A DNA stretch of 64,000 nt. Source: Minutocellus sp. GHC0000111. Taxonomy: Eukaryota. The stretch spans positions 1,984,001 to 2,048,000 of the forward strand of contig OZ361258.1 in NCBI GenBank assembly GCA_977018835.1. The letters are read 5' to 3'. Position numbers and translations under genes: made by a program. Position 1 is the first letter of the stretch. Each line of letters begins with the position of its first letter. Shown in pieces: positions 36,201 through 48,614 of the stretch. The notes under the pieces are model-generated. The model was not told the DNA's origin and did no database searches. It saw only the letters and a list, made by a program, of their open reading frames with translations.

Positions 36201-37094
36201 CTAACTGATGGTGCAACCATCGCCCAGAGTGTTCCGAATGTTCACATGATGCTCATCGGCCGGGAGGAGAGGAACCTCCACTCCACCGCTACCTCCAAAG
36301 ATGAGCACATCCCGTTCCAGATCCAGGATGCACTTGTACCGTCGCATCAGGTCCAGTCCCAGCAAAAGGATTTTCTCGTTGACGTCGAGCACAATAAAGT
36401 CCATGTTGAACTCCACGTGCCCAGCGCCCAGAGTACAAATGACATTGCTGATTCTCCCCACAATATTGGCCTTGCCGACGCCAGATGCTATCCCACGCTG
36501 CGATCGATCGATCCGATTCACCAGTCCCAGCTGCTGCGCAAGAGTAATGGATATGACCGAGCTTTGGGCACCACTGTCGACCATCATTTCGACGCATATT
36601 CCATCTCCAAGGACACACGGTGCCAGGCACATGTGTGTTTGGTTGCGGCGGGGAGGTACCGGTCCGAATGGATATCGTTGATTCGTGCCATGGGCATTCC
36701 GAGTCGTCGGTGGAATGTACGACGGTGGAGGATGAGTCGCGCAACTGGCGCAAACGTCAAATTGACACACGACACATCCAAGGGCGCGCTCGTTGTGGCC
36801 TAGGGTGCGATGGCATATCTTGCACGTAACTCGCTGGGAGTAGCTTACCAAGAATTCGCTAAGATCGTGGAAACCAGGACAGGTGACGACTGGAGCTGTT
36901 GTTGGTGCGGGAACGGGAGTGCCAGCGACGACTGCCCCGGTCCTGCGGCTTGCTGGCGCTGGGGGGATGCCGAATGGATTAGAAACTGAGGAGGATACTT
37001 TAGCTGCAGCAGCTGCGTCGGCCTGGACCTGCTCCTCGTGGGCCAGAGCCCTTGCGATGGCTTCGTCGTTGGAGGTGTTATCGCCCATCATCAT
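36201..37094 (-). CDS. DDI1-like retroviral-type aspartyl protease with a UIM-like helix and a Cys/His zinc module
   Basis: Contains MMVDSGAQSSVIS, GIASGVGKANIVGRI and LLGLDLMRRYKCILDL. The N-terminus has DEAIARALAHEE and C..H...CKIC...CVVCQFDVCASC. Confidence 0.85.
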   Translation of the reverse strand: MMMGDNTSNDEAIARALAHEEQVQADAAAAAKVSSSVSNPFGIPPAPASRRTGAVVAGTPVPAPTTAPVVTCPGFHDLSEFLVSYSQRVTCKICHRTLGHNERALGCVVCQFDVCASCATHPPPSYIPPTTRNAHGTNQRYPFGPVPPRRNQTHMCLAPCVLGDGICVEMMVDSGAQSSVISITLAQQLGLVNRIDRSQRGIASGVGKANIVGRISNVICTLGAGHVEFNMDFIVLDVNEKILLLGLDLMRRYKCILDLERDVLIFGGSGGVEVPLLPADEHHVNIRNTLGDGCTIS

Positions 37095-37453
37095 GGTGTG
37101 CGTGCGTCGCGTGGCCGTTCGTCGTGAATTTATGAAATCGGATGATGTGCTCCAGTGAAGAAATTTCGGGGAAGGGGCACACATCGCCGGGGCTGTTGTA
37201 AAAGGTCATCGAATGCGTCCGGCACGATAAATTCAAGACAGACGGTTTTTGGGGCTGCTGTAGCAGTTCGACTTGCGGGTTTTGCGGGATACGCTGTTTC
37301 TTTGTGCGACGGACGTGGCAGGGATGAAGTGATCTTGGAATCTTCAGGTCCTGGCTCGCGATTCGATTCTCCCGCTCAACTTCCGGCATAGCACAGTATA
37401 GTACCGCACATAATTCGCCAACAAACAAAACAAATTCTTAACTATAAACAGCC

Positions 37454-38221
37454 ATGAAGCTCTCCGCCGCCACCACCATGCTCCTTTCTTCTGCTGTCCT
37501 CGTCGCACAGGCCCAGATGCTCGACGAGCCCCTCATCCCCGACGGTTGGTCGCCCGGTGCCAACCTGCCGGAGGGCTGCACGTACTTTGTCCTCGGCGAA
37601 ACCTGTGCCGGCCTCGGAGCCGCGGGGATCAGCTCCGGCACCTGCGACACCACCGACTTTGAGCTAGGAGCCGACCTCGAGATCGTCCAGGAGATCACCG
37701 GAGGCGGTGCCCTCGTCGGGTGCTGCGTCTCCCAGTCCGATTCGTGCGACTGCGTCCTCAACCGCGGCGGAGGGGCCATCATTGGCAAGATTGAGGGCAA
37801 CGCCACCGCCGCCGACGAGGCCATGGACGACATGGGCCTGGAATACGAAACCGGCTGGCTCAACGACAATCCCACATGCGACCAGTGCGAGGACGATCCC
37901 AACGCCCAGGGCATCCCCAAGTGCTATGAGTGTGCCGACGAATACACCGGAGAGATATTCTTCGAATGTCCCGAGGAATCCACCTGCTCCATCACCGGCG
38001 GAGCGGTTCTCCACTCTTATGGAGGAAGTGCCGAAATCAGTCCCGATTCCATTACCGTCACCGGGGTCGCCAAGCTGGTATGTGCCGTCGACGAGATCTG
38101 CACCTACGACTGTTGCAACACCACGTGCGTTGGCCTGCCCCCGACCAGTGGCGCCGCCGGTGTTGCCAAGGTGGGTGCCGCAGTTACGGCCGTCGCAGTT
38201 GCCTTTGGTATGATGATGTAA
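37454..38221 (+). CDS. Secreted, Cys-rich acidic protein, probably GPI-anchored
   Basis: Signal peptide, many Cys and a C-terminal SGA followed by a hydrophobic tail. The strong C-ending codon bias suggests high expression. Confidence 0.8.
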   Translation: MKLSAATTMLLSSAVLVAQAQMLDEPLIPDGWSPGANLPEGCTYFVLGETCAGLGAAGISSGTCDTTDFELGADLEIVQEITGGGALVGCCVSQSDSCDCVLNRGGGAIIGKIEGNATAADEAMDDMGLEYETGWLNDNPTCDQCEDDPNAQGIPKCYECADEYTGEIFFECPEESTCSITGGAVLHSYGGSAEISPDSITVTGVAKLVCAVDEICTYDCCNTTCVGLPPTSGAAGVAKVGAAVTAVAVAFGMMM

Positions 38222-38589
38222 GAATGAAAAAGGCCAATACATCTACATGCACATGCATCACAGGAAAAATAGATAAAACGACCGACAAAATCGCAAGACA
38301 ACAATTTGCAAATTTAGCCCAAGTTCTAACCACTACTAGTAAGCCGCAAGATAAATTGAAGATGCAAATGTGATCGGACATCGAAGCTCCGAAAATACTA
38401 CGTAGCAAGAGCTACTCTAGACTGAAATATATAGGCAGGCTCTACGAAGTGTACTCGTCATCATCGCTTCCGTCGAGGATTCTCTTTTAGCCTGGAATAC
38501 ATGGAATACTAACTCAAGTTTACGTTGGTTACGAAAGGGGAATTGATACATTTACATCTAGATCATCTTTTATCGGAGAAAGGTCGTTG

Positions 38590-38951
38590 TATATCGATGA
38601 AAACGAAGATGGTTTCCGGCTTATACAGAAAAAAAACAGTGCGGCATGTGCTTGACGATTCGAGAGTATCGGAAAGTGAGGCCATGTGTTCGAAAGGGAG
38701 TTGAGTGGTATGATAATCAAATTTGGAGGTACAACGAAGATGGGAACAAGGAAGGAAATCAAGCCACATCTCTCAACACAAGTCTCTGCTTGGCCAGAGG
38801 TTCTGGTAAGTCTAGATTCGCTGTGAAGACTAGAAGTGGGATGTCCTACATTCAATCTGCTCTGCAGATCTGCAACGGCAACCAAACTCAACAGGGGTGG
38901 GTATTTGAGAGCCGAAGAAAATATAATAGAGAACGGGCTTACTTTCGGTGA
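38590..38951 (+). pseudogene. Ricin-B (QxW) lectin-like fragment
   Basis: The CLT...PC...NQIW and LCL...C...QQGW repeat pattern is present. There is no intact 5' end, and a TACTTTCGGTGAGCCTAA duplication overlaps the stop. Confidence 0.45.
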
Positions 38952-39173
38952 GCCTAAGGCTACTTTCGGTGAGCCTAATAGTGAAGATTATGCGCGTGCG
39001 GTGCCGCCGAATTAGATTTCAAGATTGCATGCATACTCTTCGTCGCTATCTCAACAACTGCACGCCGATCTTTGGCTCCGCGCCAACTTCTCTTTTCGAG
39101 GAAGCCGAGGAACAGAAAAAGGTCAGAACAGAAGAACAAACAAGGCGCATCAACACACTCTTGAGACCCAACG

Positions 39174-40309
39174 ATGAGTGTCGAATCTGCCAAACCCAAA
39201 GCGAATCTGCTGCAGTCCATGGGACTCGGAGGCACTGCCGCCATGTTTGCAGGTGAGTCGACATCATGGCGTAATAATAATCATTATTTTTTGGCGCATA
39301 AGTAGCAAATCGTGTTTTTTGTGCCGAACGAACATGCAGCCAGAATCGAATACAATGATGCACTTGCCTACATATACATTTTGAGCTCATGTCATTTCGT
39401 GCATAATGTCGATGCGTATGATCGATCGCGTTGGTTTACATGCGTTGATGTTCCTGATACGTATACATGTATCTGCAATCATCAACTCACGCTTCATCTC
39501 GAACACGCTCCCTCCATCCCTCAGTCACCTTCACCCACCCAATCGAGACGGTGAAAACACGCATGCAGGTCTCTGGGCTGGGCATTAGCCCGACATGCTC
39601 GTCGCTCATGGCCGACGAGGGCGTCCTAGCGTTTTGGAAAGGTCTTCCCTTTGCCTATGGTCGTGAGCTAAGTTACACCAGCATCAAACTTGGAGCTTAT
39701 GCGCCCGTCCGTGATGCAATGGAACCCTTGAATGAATACATGCCTGCTTTCCTGGTCAAGTTTTTGGCCGGCGCGGTTACTGGCGGTGTTGGTTCCGTCG
39801 TTGGAAATCCATTTGATGTCATGAAAAGTTTGGCTCAGACCAACAAGGACAAGACTGTCGGCCTGGGTTCACTGGTGACCAATATGCTCCGTGATCAGGG
39901 CGCTGCCGGATTTTACCGTGGTGTCGGAGCCAATATTGGGCGTGCTTGTGTGCTGAATGCCACCAAGATGGGAGTGTATGACATGACGAAAGGATACGTA
40001 ACGAGCGCAACGGGTTGGAGCCGAAAGGATGTCCGAACTGCCGCCTCTAGTAGTTTTGTGGCTGGTTTCTTCATGACTTGCACGGTATCTCCTTTCGACA
40101 ATATCCGGACAAGACTCATGAACCAGCCAACAGACGCCAAGTTGTATGACGGACTAGCTGATTGCTTCGTCAAGACCGTCAAGAGCGACGGCGTGGCCTC
40201 GCTTTGGCGTGGTTTCGTTCCCATCTGGGCCCGATTTGCACCACAAGCGACCTTGCAGTTGCTGACCATCGAAGCGCTTTATGGCTACTTTGGTTTCCGT
40301 AGTATCTAA
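39174..40309 (+). CDS. Mitochondrial carrier (SLC25; UCP/dicarboxylate-oxoglutarate-like); exons 39174-39252 and 39525-40309
   Basis: Three Px[DE]xx[KR] signatures are present ([23 protein letters not shown]). The GTGAGT...CTCAG intron joins [16 protein letters not shown]. Confidence 0.92.
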
Positions 40310-40466
40310 TGGGCGTAGGCAATGAACGAAATGTGTAGGGCGACAAGGAGGTCAATGTATAGGGAGGAATGTTTTCAACAATACATGTACTACATAATAT
40401 TGATGCCTACATGAAAATAATTTTGATATTTTTTCATGATCAAAATTGATATTTGCCTAATCGCCA

Positions 40467-41156
40467 TCAAAATAGTGCATCGTACGATCCGATGCCATAC
40501 ATCACTTTCGGCGCATCCCATCCCTTGCTTCGCAGTGTTTGCGCAAGATAGTTTACCCGTTTCTTGTTGACACCAAAATCACTTGCTCCTACTCTCGACT
40601 TGCTTCGAAGCTCGAAGCGGAACTTACCGTTTCCATCTTCCACCAACTCCAGCTTGACGTCATCGACAAATGGCTTGGCGACATTCATTGAAATAGCCGC
40701 GGGCCCGATACAGGAATAATATTCAATCCTTGCTATTCCATCTATATCTAACTTGTCGTCCACAAAGACCCATCCGTTGCAATCCACCCCGTTTTGCCCT
40801 TGTTGAGGATAGGATCCGACGACTGATCGGATGTCAGCAATAGCATCTGATTTGGTTTTACCAGCAGGAGGTACCCAAGCTGTACGGATGCAGTTGCGTG
40901 CGCCATCGCGGCATTTATCCGTAGCTCGACCCTTGTCGGGTCCAGCCGCATGTGCCGGTTCGGCGATGACGTTTGTGGCTGCTACAATTCCCGCCGATGC
41001 TGCTTGAGTGAACCAGCCTCTTCGACTAGTGGCAGTAAATTCTGTACCGAAATTCTTGCCATCGTTGATGTTGTAGCTAGTGACTAATTCGGGGCATGCA
41101 GCTAGTGCAATGAGCAACCAGACGAGCGCAGATGGCCGAGGAACGTTCATCATCAT
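40467..41156 (-). CDS. DUF1499-like protein with signal peptide and Tat-like motif (thylakoid lumen candidate)
   Basis: Contains C.DGARNCI, FVDDVKLE and RSKSRVGASDFGVNKKRV. The twin-arginine segment is SRRGWF...AHA. Confidence 0.8.
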   Translation of the reverse strand: MMMNVPRPSALVWLLIALAACPELVTSYNINDGKNFGTEFTATSRRGWFTQAASAGIVAATNVIAEPAHAAGPDKGRATDKCRDGARNCIRTAWVPPAGKTKSDAIADIRSVVGSYPQQGQNGVDCNGWVFVDDKLDIDGIARIEYYSCIGPAAISMNVAKPFVDDVKLELVEDGNGKFRFELRSKSRVGASDFGVNKKRVNYLAQTLRSKGWDAPKVMYGIGSYDALF

Positions 41157-41530
41157 CTTGCTGCTATGGCGGCGAGAGAAAATTGTGAAATTGTGAATTG
41201 TGAAGTGACTGCGGCCTGACCTTTGTCCGTCCTTCCTGAAGTGATGCTACGTAATTATTACGGAAAAAATTGAATATCTGAGCATTTTCTATCTGCCACA
41301 CAAACTTTAGGGCACAAATTGCGAGATATCACTTGTAGCGAAAGGTGCGTTACAAGCGACTGGAGTCGACAAGAGGCGAGCTCAAACTCGCCGAGTGCAG
41401 CGGAATTGATGACCAGAAATACAATTTTATAGATCTAGAGGCTGGAGGCAGTGATGACCTAAGAAATGAATTGTCGATAATACTGGCGTCCATTCAGCTC
41501 TTCTAAACTAACTGAAAAGACCCTGGCGTC

Positions 41531-42940
41531 TTAGTTTCGCTCATTGCTCAAGAACTCACTTCTCAGGGCCGACAAAGCCGACAAGAAGTCAGATTCGTCA
41601 CCATCTCCATCAAAATTGCCCTCTTCTTCCGACCGTGGTTGGTATGGCTGATACTCTTCCACTTTCCCTGCATCGCCCTCCGGCTTGAACTTATCTGGGA
41701 TCACGGCAAGCATATCTCGAATGCTACGTTCAACAATGTCCAAAGCAAATAGACATTCGAATGGTTCAAACAGGCCCAATCGACACCGAAGCTCCGCAAT
41801 GGATTCTTGTGCATCGGCGGCAGCGCCACAGTGCCTCCACGCGCAGGCACCCCAATCGAATCCAATGACCTCTCGGGTCTCGTCGGACAGATAATCACGG
41901 CTGGACTGGAGCGTCGCCGCCGCTCGTTCCAAATCCGATACCAGCACCGGACCATCAAGGATTTCGGCCATGGCACCCCAATCGTAATCGTTCGCTAGTA
42001 CCTTGAGTTTCAGCACTGCTCGAAGGGCATCGTAAACATCCTGGACCGCCTTCTTCACATCCTCTTCAGTTATTGTAGCCACCGAATCTTTGTTTCGGAA
42101 TGACAGGTACGGCCGGTTGCTTTCGTCGCCCTTCCAGGCCGGTACCCTCTCTCTACGATGCCGTTCCATTACCTCATTGTAACTCTGAATGGACCTGCCG
42201 GCTTGCTCACCGAATTGCAGCTCGTACAATTCCGCCTCTCGATCGGCCTCATTCCATGCCAGGCCTTTGGTAGCACTCCCGATGAATGAAGGGGACGAGT
42301 CTTCTGAAGCAGCAGCAAGATAGGACTGACGCAACGTGGCCCGATTTGGTTTGAGGTGCGTCACATCGTAATCCTCCCAAGTTGAAACTACTGTGGCGGC
42401 TCCCAGACAAGCGACCAGGTGCGTTGCGACATTGAGCACATCCCGCCGAGATTGGCGATTGGGTTCCATTTCGTTGTCGTCATTGAAGAACCGATTCCTG
42501 TTGCTCGTTAATGGATCTATCCCTCCTGATGTGTCTTCTGAGGTACTTGCACTGTTGAGGTGAGTTTGAGAATGTTGCGTCCGTATGCGCTTGCCGAATG
42601 GTGATGACGAATGGGCTGGCGATATTGGTGACGAAAAGGCATGTGCGCATCCCCGGTCGCAAAATAGCGGCGCGCCCAACATTATTGCAAGTAATAGGAT
42701 GGAATTTATGCCCGCGCCGCATCTGCGCATGGCAATCCCCCCATCATTGATGGTCCTTCGACGGCCAAGCGAAGAGAGCACAACAGATGTCGATGACGAA
42801 GAAGAGCAGCAGCAGCTCTTGGAAGTCGAACATGGTGCACGATCAGCACACTCCTCCTTGCTGCTGCTGAGTGCCTGGCAAGCAGGTGGAGAATCACTCG
42901 CAACCAACGAGGGGCCAACAACGCATCGTCGCCTTCTCAT
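41531..42940 (-). CDS. Uncharacterised, probably plastid-targeted protein (true start may be MRRCGAG at ~42730)
   Basis: Long ORF with a hydrophobic signal followed by AHAFSS, a Tat-like SRRDVL, and a conserved-looking IGFDWGACAWRHCGA...GLFEPFECLF. Confidence 0.7.
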   Translation of the reverse strand: MRRRRCVVGPSLVASDSPPACQALSSSKEECADRAPCSTSKSCCCSSSSSTSVVLSSLGRRRTINDGGIAMRRCGAGINSILLLAIMLGAPLFCDRGCAHAFSSPISPAHSSSPFGKRIRTQHSQTHLNSASTSEDTSGGIDPLTSNRNRFFNDDNEMEPNRQSRRDVLNVATHLVACLGAATVVSTWEDYDVTHLKPNRATLRQSYLAAASEDSSPSFIGSATKGLAWNEADREAELYELQFGEQAGRSIQSYNEVMERHRRERVPAWKGDESNRPYLSFRNKDSVATITEEDVKKAVQDVYDALRAVLKLKVLANDYDWGAMAEILDGPVLVSDLERAAATLQSSRDYLSDETREVIGFDWGACAWRHCGAAADAQESIAELRCRLGLFEPFECLFALDIVERSIRDMLAVIPDKFKPEGDAGKVEEYQPYQPRSEEEGNFDGDGDESDFLSALSALRSEFLSNERN

Positions 42941-43523
42941 CTTCGGTGCTGTTCAACTTCGCTTTGCTGCCGTCGTATTGTTTGGTTGGCAAGTGTGTGT
43001 GTGTGCGTTGTAGTGAGGATATCCCCGCAATTCTAGACAATATTCGTTTTGTTTATTTCAATATAACAAAGTTAAGCACAAGGGAAGGATAAACTACTTT
43101 TAAAAAGAGCCTCTCAAGAGGTACTGAAGTTTTGTTCAATTCGGAAAAATAATGCGGGGATCACCCGAATTAGACTCCACGCGTTTTCTCCTTTCTTTGC
43201 GTTCGTTCGCCCGACGCGCAAACGAGCAAACCTCAAGCAATAACGCCGGCCGATAAATCGACCGAGCAAAGCGCCGAGGAGAGCATCTTGCCCTCTTCCA
43301 ACAAGTTGGCACTACTTGTTCATATCTTACTTGGCAGATAAAGGAGAAATTTCTTCTTCCTTGCAACGGTGGTGTCGTCGGTGAAAGGCTCTGAAAAAAG
43401 CAGCGGAAATAAAACAGCGCACAACTCGTGCCGGTTTTGCGTTTCTGGGTTCGTCATCGGCCGGACTGGAGGGAGCAAACAGGAAGGACCGGCCGGCCTG
43501 GATAGCGTTTGTTGATTCATAGA

Positions 43524-46500
43524 ATGGCCAGCCATCCACCACCGCCGCCGCCGGGTCCTACCGCTGGAATGTCGGCATCGGCATCTCAGGGCTCCATGCA
43601 AAACGGCACACGTGATAACGGCGTGGCCCATACCGCAGGAGGCAGCCCCTCGGCCAAACCCAAGCACAATCTGAGCCAAAGCGGCTCCGACCGGACCAAC
43701 CTCCTGGCCCTGGCGACGCCCAACCTCGAATCCCGCCTTTCCCTCCTCCGCTCTCAGTCGACCAACCTGTCCACCACCCTCACCCAGCGCCTGGCCACGT
43801 CCCAATCCGGTCAGAATCTGCTCCACATCCGACCGTCCCTGCAATCGCTCCCGCCCGACCTGCACTCCCTGCTGCGCAACCTCCGGCCCATCCTGGGGGA
43901 GGTGGAGAAGTACGAAAGCTTGTCCCGCGACGAGCTGGTCAAGCTCGTTGATAAGGGCAATGAAATCCGCGGTGCCGTCAAGAAGGTGCGGGAGGCCGGA
44001 GATTGTGCCATGATTTATGGCGATCTGTGCCGCAGTGAGGAGGAGGTACGGCGGGGTGGAAATGGTGGCAGTGGCGGTGGTGCTGGGAAGACGTCGGGCG
44101 CCAAATTTGGCTCTAGTGCAAAGAAGGGTGTTTTTGACAGTGAATTCAAGACTCCGAGCAAAAGGGGGGGCGTGGGTGGTTCTGGCATGACGCTCTCATC
44201 AGATATGGAGGTCGGTGGCCTTGACGATTGGTCCGATGATGCCATGGAGGGATGTGCCGGTAAGTCATTTACATGTTACTTGATGTTTGTTTGGTTTTCG
44301 TCTAGTGACAGCTTCCGCATGCCTTAATGGGCGGATTTGGCGGAATCCATGGAGGTAAAACATGTCCAACGGACCTTATATACTGGTTCCTCACTTTTTT
44401 TCTTGTTATCTCTCATTGATATTATCCGTTTTCAGACGAGTTGGACCAAGTCGCCTCCCTGGAGAGAGCGGCTCACACCACCCTCCATCTGGTGCAGGAG
44501 TTGAAAACCTCCACCGCGGAGGTTACCAATCTAACCTCAATGCAACATAAGGACGAGGCGGGCGCTGATAACAACACCGGTACTGCCAATGCATCCGCCT
44601 CCCTTCCCAACCTTCGCTCGCCGCTTCAAGATGATACCGACAAGGCGCAATTTTTAATGAAGCTGGCGCCACGGATTCGAAGGTTGGAGGCCGACACGGT
44701 CAAAGCTTTGACTTCAACGCTGGAGGAAGTGCTGGGGCAGATGAAATCTCGAAAGGAGGAAGAGAGGGAACAGCAACAAGATCAAGGTGTAGACGGTCCC
44801 GACGACATGGCCGCAGCAGAAGCAGAGGAGAGAGATCTCCTTATGATCGGTCACTGCCTTCGTGGACTGGCCCTACTGGGAAGGGGCAAGGAAGCCGAGG
44901 GTGCTTTCGCCAGGGTTGCCATCATGTAAGTTGTTCCGTGGTTGGATTCTAGTGTCATTGCGATTGGCAGTGAGTGAGTGCATATCTTGCCGTCTTGGAT
45001 CCTTACTCATCCCAACTCTATTATCCTCCTCTCATATTTCATTACGCATGCAGGCCACTTATTCGCTCTAAGGTGTCCATGGGCCGTCTTGATGAAGGTG
45101 GCGCCCGTGGCCAGTGCACGGGCTTGTCTTCGCTTCTTGATGATATTGCCAACACAATCCACGGATCCTTTGGGTCTGTGTTGAGGTTGTCAGAGGCGAC
45201 ATTTGGAGCCGCCGATGATGGGCCCGTAGAGATTGATTTTGTTGCGGCAGGTGTTTGGGCACCCTTGGCTACTGCTCTCATGGCTGATCCAGGCATCAAG
45301 ATGGCACTCTTTTCACCAGGAATTGCCGGTATCTTGCAGTCCAACTACGTTGCGCTGGATTCTTTTTTGTCCGAGCTTGCTACCAATTTGTTCAAGCCAG
45401 ATGCTCAAGCGGAAGGTAGAGCCAGCACCAATACCGGTAGCGACCTGCCTCCGATGCCGAGTGCGGATGGAAGTGTCAATTTTGCACCTCTCTACTTTCG
45501 ACCATCAGTATCTCCAGACCTCATAATAGCAGCTCAGGGCAGAGTGCATCGACATCCTCTAACCGCAGACTTCAACAAGAAGTGGAACCTTCCCATTTAT
45601 TATCAGCTTCGATTCGGAGAATGCTGCACCCGTCTCAACAAGGCTATGGCACGTGTACAGAAGGAAGGCTGGGAGGCCGACGTTTACACCGGAGATGAAG
45701 CGTTTGGAAAAGAATTACGAGAAAAGCTTGGCTTTGAGCTCCCACTCTTCCTTGAGCTATACGATTCGTTGGTATGGTTGTGGCGGCCAGATGTGATCCT
45801 TCGGCCACTTTCTCATCGCTTCTTAAGGGGTGCGACACAGCTCGTTGGGCGTATTGTTGCATTTGTAAAAGACGGCCTGGAGGGAAGTATTCGCTTTGGT
45901 GAGACGCCACCGCCAAAGATGGCCGCACAGAAGCTTGAAAATGGACCCGCTAGTGAAAACGGGGAGCCCATCGCCGAGCCAGAGCCTGTACCCGATACTT
46001 CGTATTGCTGGGGAGAAAGACTGGAAGATGTCGCCGTGGTTGCATGGGAACTGACTGTTCTCGAAACATCGTTAACCCATGACTATGTCGAGACCGTCGC
46101 AGCTGCAATTGCGTCCGCCGACTCTTCTGAAAATGATGAATCAGAGCTACAGGAATTACGCAGCATCGTTGCCGATGCCTTCGCAGAAGCCTCACACGAT
46201 GTTTCCCCTGTCATTCGTCAATCCTGGAGTGATGTGATTGTCAACATCCTAACTCTTCAGTGCTCTATTCCACTGTCGGCAGTCAAGGGCGTTGCGGCAA
46301 CTTATCGAATGACGAATCGACCTCCACCAAAGCTTGCTTCTCCCTTTGTGTCGAAAATTTTGGCACCGCTCAAAGAATTCGACGACTCATACTCGAGCCG
46401 AACACCTCCGCAAATAGGTTCGAGGTGGAAGTCTGCTGTGGTTTACACGGTATCCGCGCGGTACAGCGAAGCGGTCGAAGAACTCATTGCTACGGTTGAA

Positions 46501-46746
46501 CGAACCGAAAATGCCCTGAAAACGCGCAAGGTTCGTCGCACCGCCTCGGGTGGTATGAGCGACGGTGACAAGGTCAAGTTGCAGCTATTTTTGGATCACC
46601 AAGAATATGCCAGCAATGTGGCCTATCTTGGTATCGACGTCGAAGCTGTGCCCGGTCTAGTAAAGCTGAAGAGCCCTACAGAGGGAGCCGTGTCGCTTTA
46701 TGCCCAAACGCAAGGGGCTGGCGCAGCAGTCCCGGTATCCGGCTAA
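43524..46746 (+). CDS. COG2: Conserved oligomeric Golgi complex subunit 2 (introns 44260-44435 and 44926-45053)
   Basis: Contains WNLPIYYQLRF, ATYRMTNRPPP and MSDGDKVKLQLFLD. Both GT-AG introns keep the frame. Confidence 0.85.
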
Positions 46747-46846
46747 CAGCAGCTATCAGTTACGTAAAATAGCAAAATACCGTCCTTAATAAAAGATTTT
46801 GCGAACAGATTTTGCTATCAATGTTACTTTTTATAATATATTGCTA

Positions 46847-48478
46847 TTAGCAGCTACCTGGCATCTTGAATCCGCTGGCAAATGCCTCCACTTCGCTTCG
46901 AAGCGTTTCGATCTCTGCTATTATCTCGGAATCATTTTGAAGAACCGAAACAAAGTCCTTGAGCAATACCTTCTTCTTCTTGAGGGCATCCTCATCACCA
47001 CTGGCCTTCTTTGCTTCCAGCTTCTGCATAGCAATGTCTTGCGCTCGGACGGCAACCTGGCATCCTCGGTGGAGGAATTCGGCCACCATGTCAAAATCCT
47101 CTTCGTTCAGCCCCCTGGTGGTCAACGCTGCAGTTCCCACCCGAACTCCGCCGGGATTGATGGCCGACGTATCACCGGGGATGCTGTTCTTGTTCGTCGT
47201 TACCGATGCCAAATCCAGTACCTTCTCCACCTTGGATCCCGTCAGTCCCCACGGCCGGACATCCCACAGCAGCAGATGGTTCTCCGTACCACCGGTCGCC
47301 AGCACATTTCCTCGATCGGTCAACCCTCGACCCAGGGCCTGGGCATTGTCCACCACCGCCTGGGCATACGCCTTGTAATCTGGCGTGTTGGCCTCCTTGA
47401 GCGCCACGGCCAGGGCGGCAATCTGATGATTGTGCGGCCCACCCTGCAAGGAGGGGAAGACGGCGCTGTCAATGGCATCCATGTACTGCCTCTTGGCAAA
47501 GATCATACCGGATCGAGGACCGCGCAGGGTCTTGTGGGTGGTGCTCGTCACGACGTCGGCGTACGCGAAGGGACTGTCGGCGACGCCGCCGGCGACCAAG
47601 CCCGAGATGTGGGCCATGTCCACCATGAGGAGGGCACCGACCGAATCGGCAATCTTGCGCATGCGGGCATAGTCCCATTCCCGTGGATAGGCCGAGGCAC
47701 CGGCAATCAGGAGCTTGGGGAGGAACATCTTGGCCCGCTTCTCGAGATCGTCGTAATCGATCAGTCCCGTCTCGGACGATACCACGTACGGCATGCTTTC
47801 AAAGTACACCGAGGTGGCCGAAACCTTGCGCTTGGCGGTTTGGAAGCCGTGCGTCAAATGTCCTCCGCTGGGCAGATCGAGGCCCATGATGCGGTCGTGA
47901 GGCGCCAGGAGGGCCGTGTACACGGCAAAGTTGGCCGGCGAGCCCGAATAGGGCTGGACGTTGACCCCCCACTCTGCGGCATCCAAACCATACAACTCCA
48001 GCGCCCGATCCATGCACAGCGATTCAATCTGATCGATGTACTCGTTGCCACCGTAGTAGCGCCGTCCGACCTGTCCCTCGGAATACTTGTTGGTGAGGCA
48101 CGAGCCCAGCACCGACCGGACGGCCGCGCTGGCAAAATTCTCCGACGCGATGAGCTCCAGGCCGTTGCGCTGCCGGCCGTCTTCGGCGTCGATCATGGCG
48201 GAGAGCTCCGGGTCGAACTCGCGCAGAAAGGCGGGGGTAGAGGGCGACGATGGTGGTGATTGGGATGCATCTGCGTCAGAAGAAATTGACGAAGACGACG
48301 AAGTTTCGGCATGTGCCGTTTCGGCCGAGGCCACCATGTTGCGCCGCGAGGCAGAATACGGTGCCTGGGGCGTCTGGCGAGCCGCCGCCACGTGGGAAGA
48401 GAAGGCATCGGAGGGAGAGGTTAGGGAGGCACATGCCGCCGTTAGAGCGGCGGCGGCCGAGAGACGGGTCCTCACCAT
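46847..48478 (-). CDS. SHMT: Serine hydroxymethyltransferase, plastid-type presequence
   Basis: Contains [45 protein letters not shown] (PLP lysine) and QGGPHNH. The signal peptide ends in SDA-F. Confidence 0.97.
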   Translation of the reverse strand: MVRTRLSAAAALTAACASLTSPSDAFSSHVAAARQTPQAPYSASRRNMVASAETAHAETSSSSSISSDADASQSPPSSPSTPAFLREFDPELSAMIDAEDGRQRNGLELIASENFASAAVRSVLGSCLTNKYSEGQVGRRYYGGNEYIDQIESLCMDRALELYGLDAAEWGVNVQPYSGSPANFAVYTALLAPHDRIMGLDLPSGGHLTHGFQTAKRKVSATSVYFESMPYVVSSETGLIDYDDLEKRAKMFLPKLLIAGASAYPREWDYARMRKIADSVGALLMVDMAHISGLVAGGVADSPFAYADVVTSTTHKTLRGPRSGMIFAKRQYMDAIDSAVFPSLQGGPHNHQIAALAVALKEANTPDYKAYAQAVVDNAQALGRGLTDRGNVLATGGTENHLLLWDVRPWGLTGSKVEKVLDLASVTTNKNSIPGDTSAINPGGVRVGTAALTTRGLNEEDFDMVAEFLHRGCQVAVRAQDIAMQKLEAKKASGDEDALKKKKVLLKDFVSVLQNDSEIIAEIETLRSEVEAFASGFKMPGSC

Positions 48479-48614
48479 GGTTGGCCTTCGTTGCAGTTTT
48501 CTGTGGCGCGATGTGATGTGCTCGTCAATTTGATGCGTCATTTTCTGGGGGATACCCAAAGGAGGAGATTTGGGAGATTCCCCCCCCCTTCAAGGTGCGA
48601 GCTGGCCGCGCGCA

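Noticed and set aside
46799..48259. 486-aa plus-strand ORF
   Set aside because: It is the antisense shadow of the GC3-rich SHMT gene and has no recognisable motifs.
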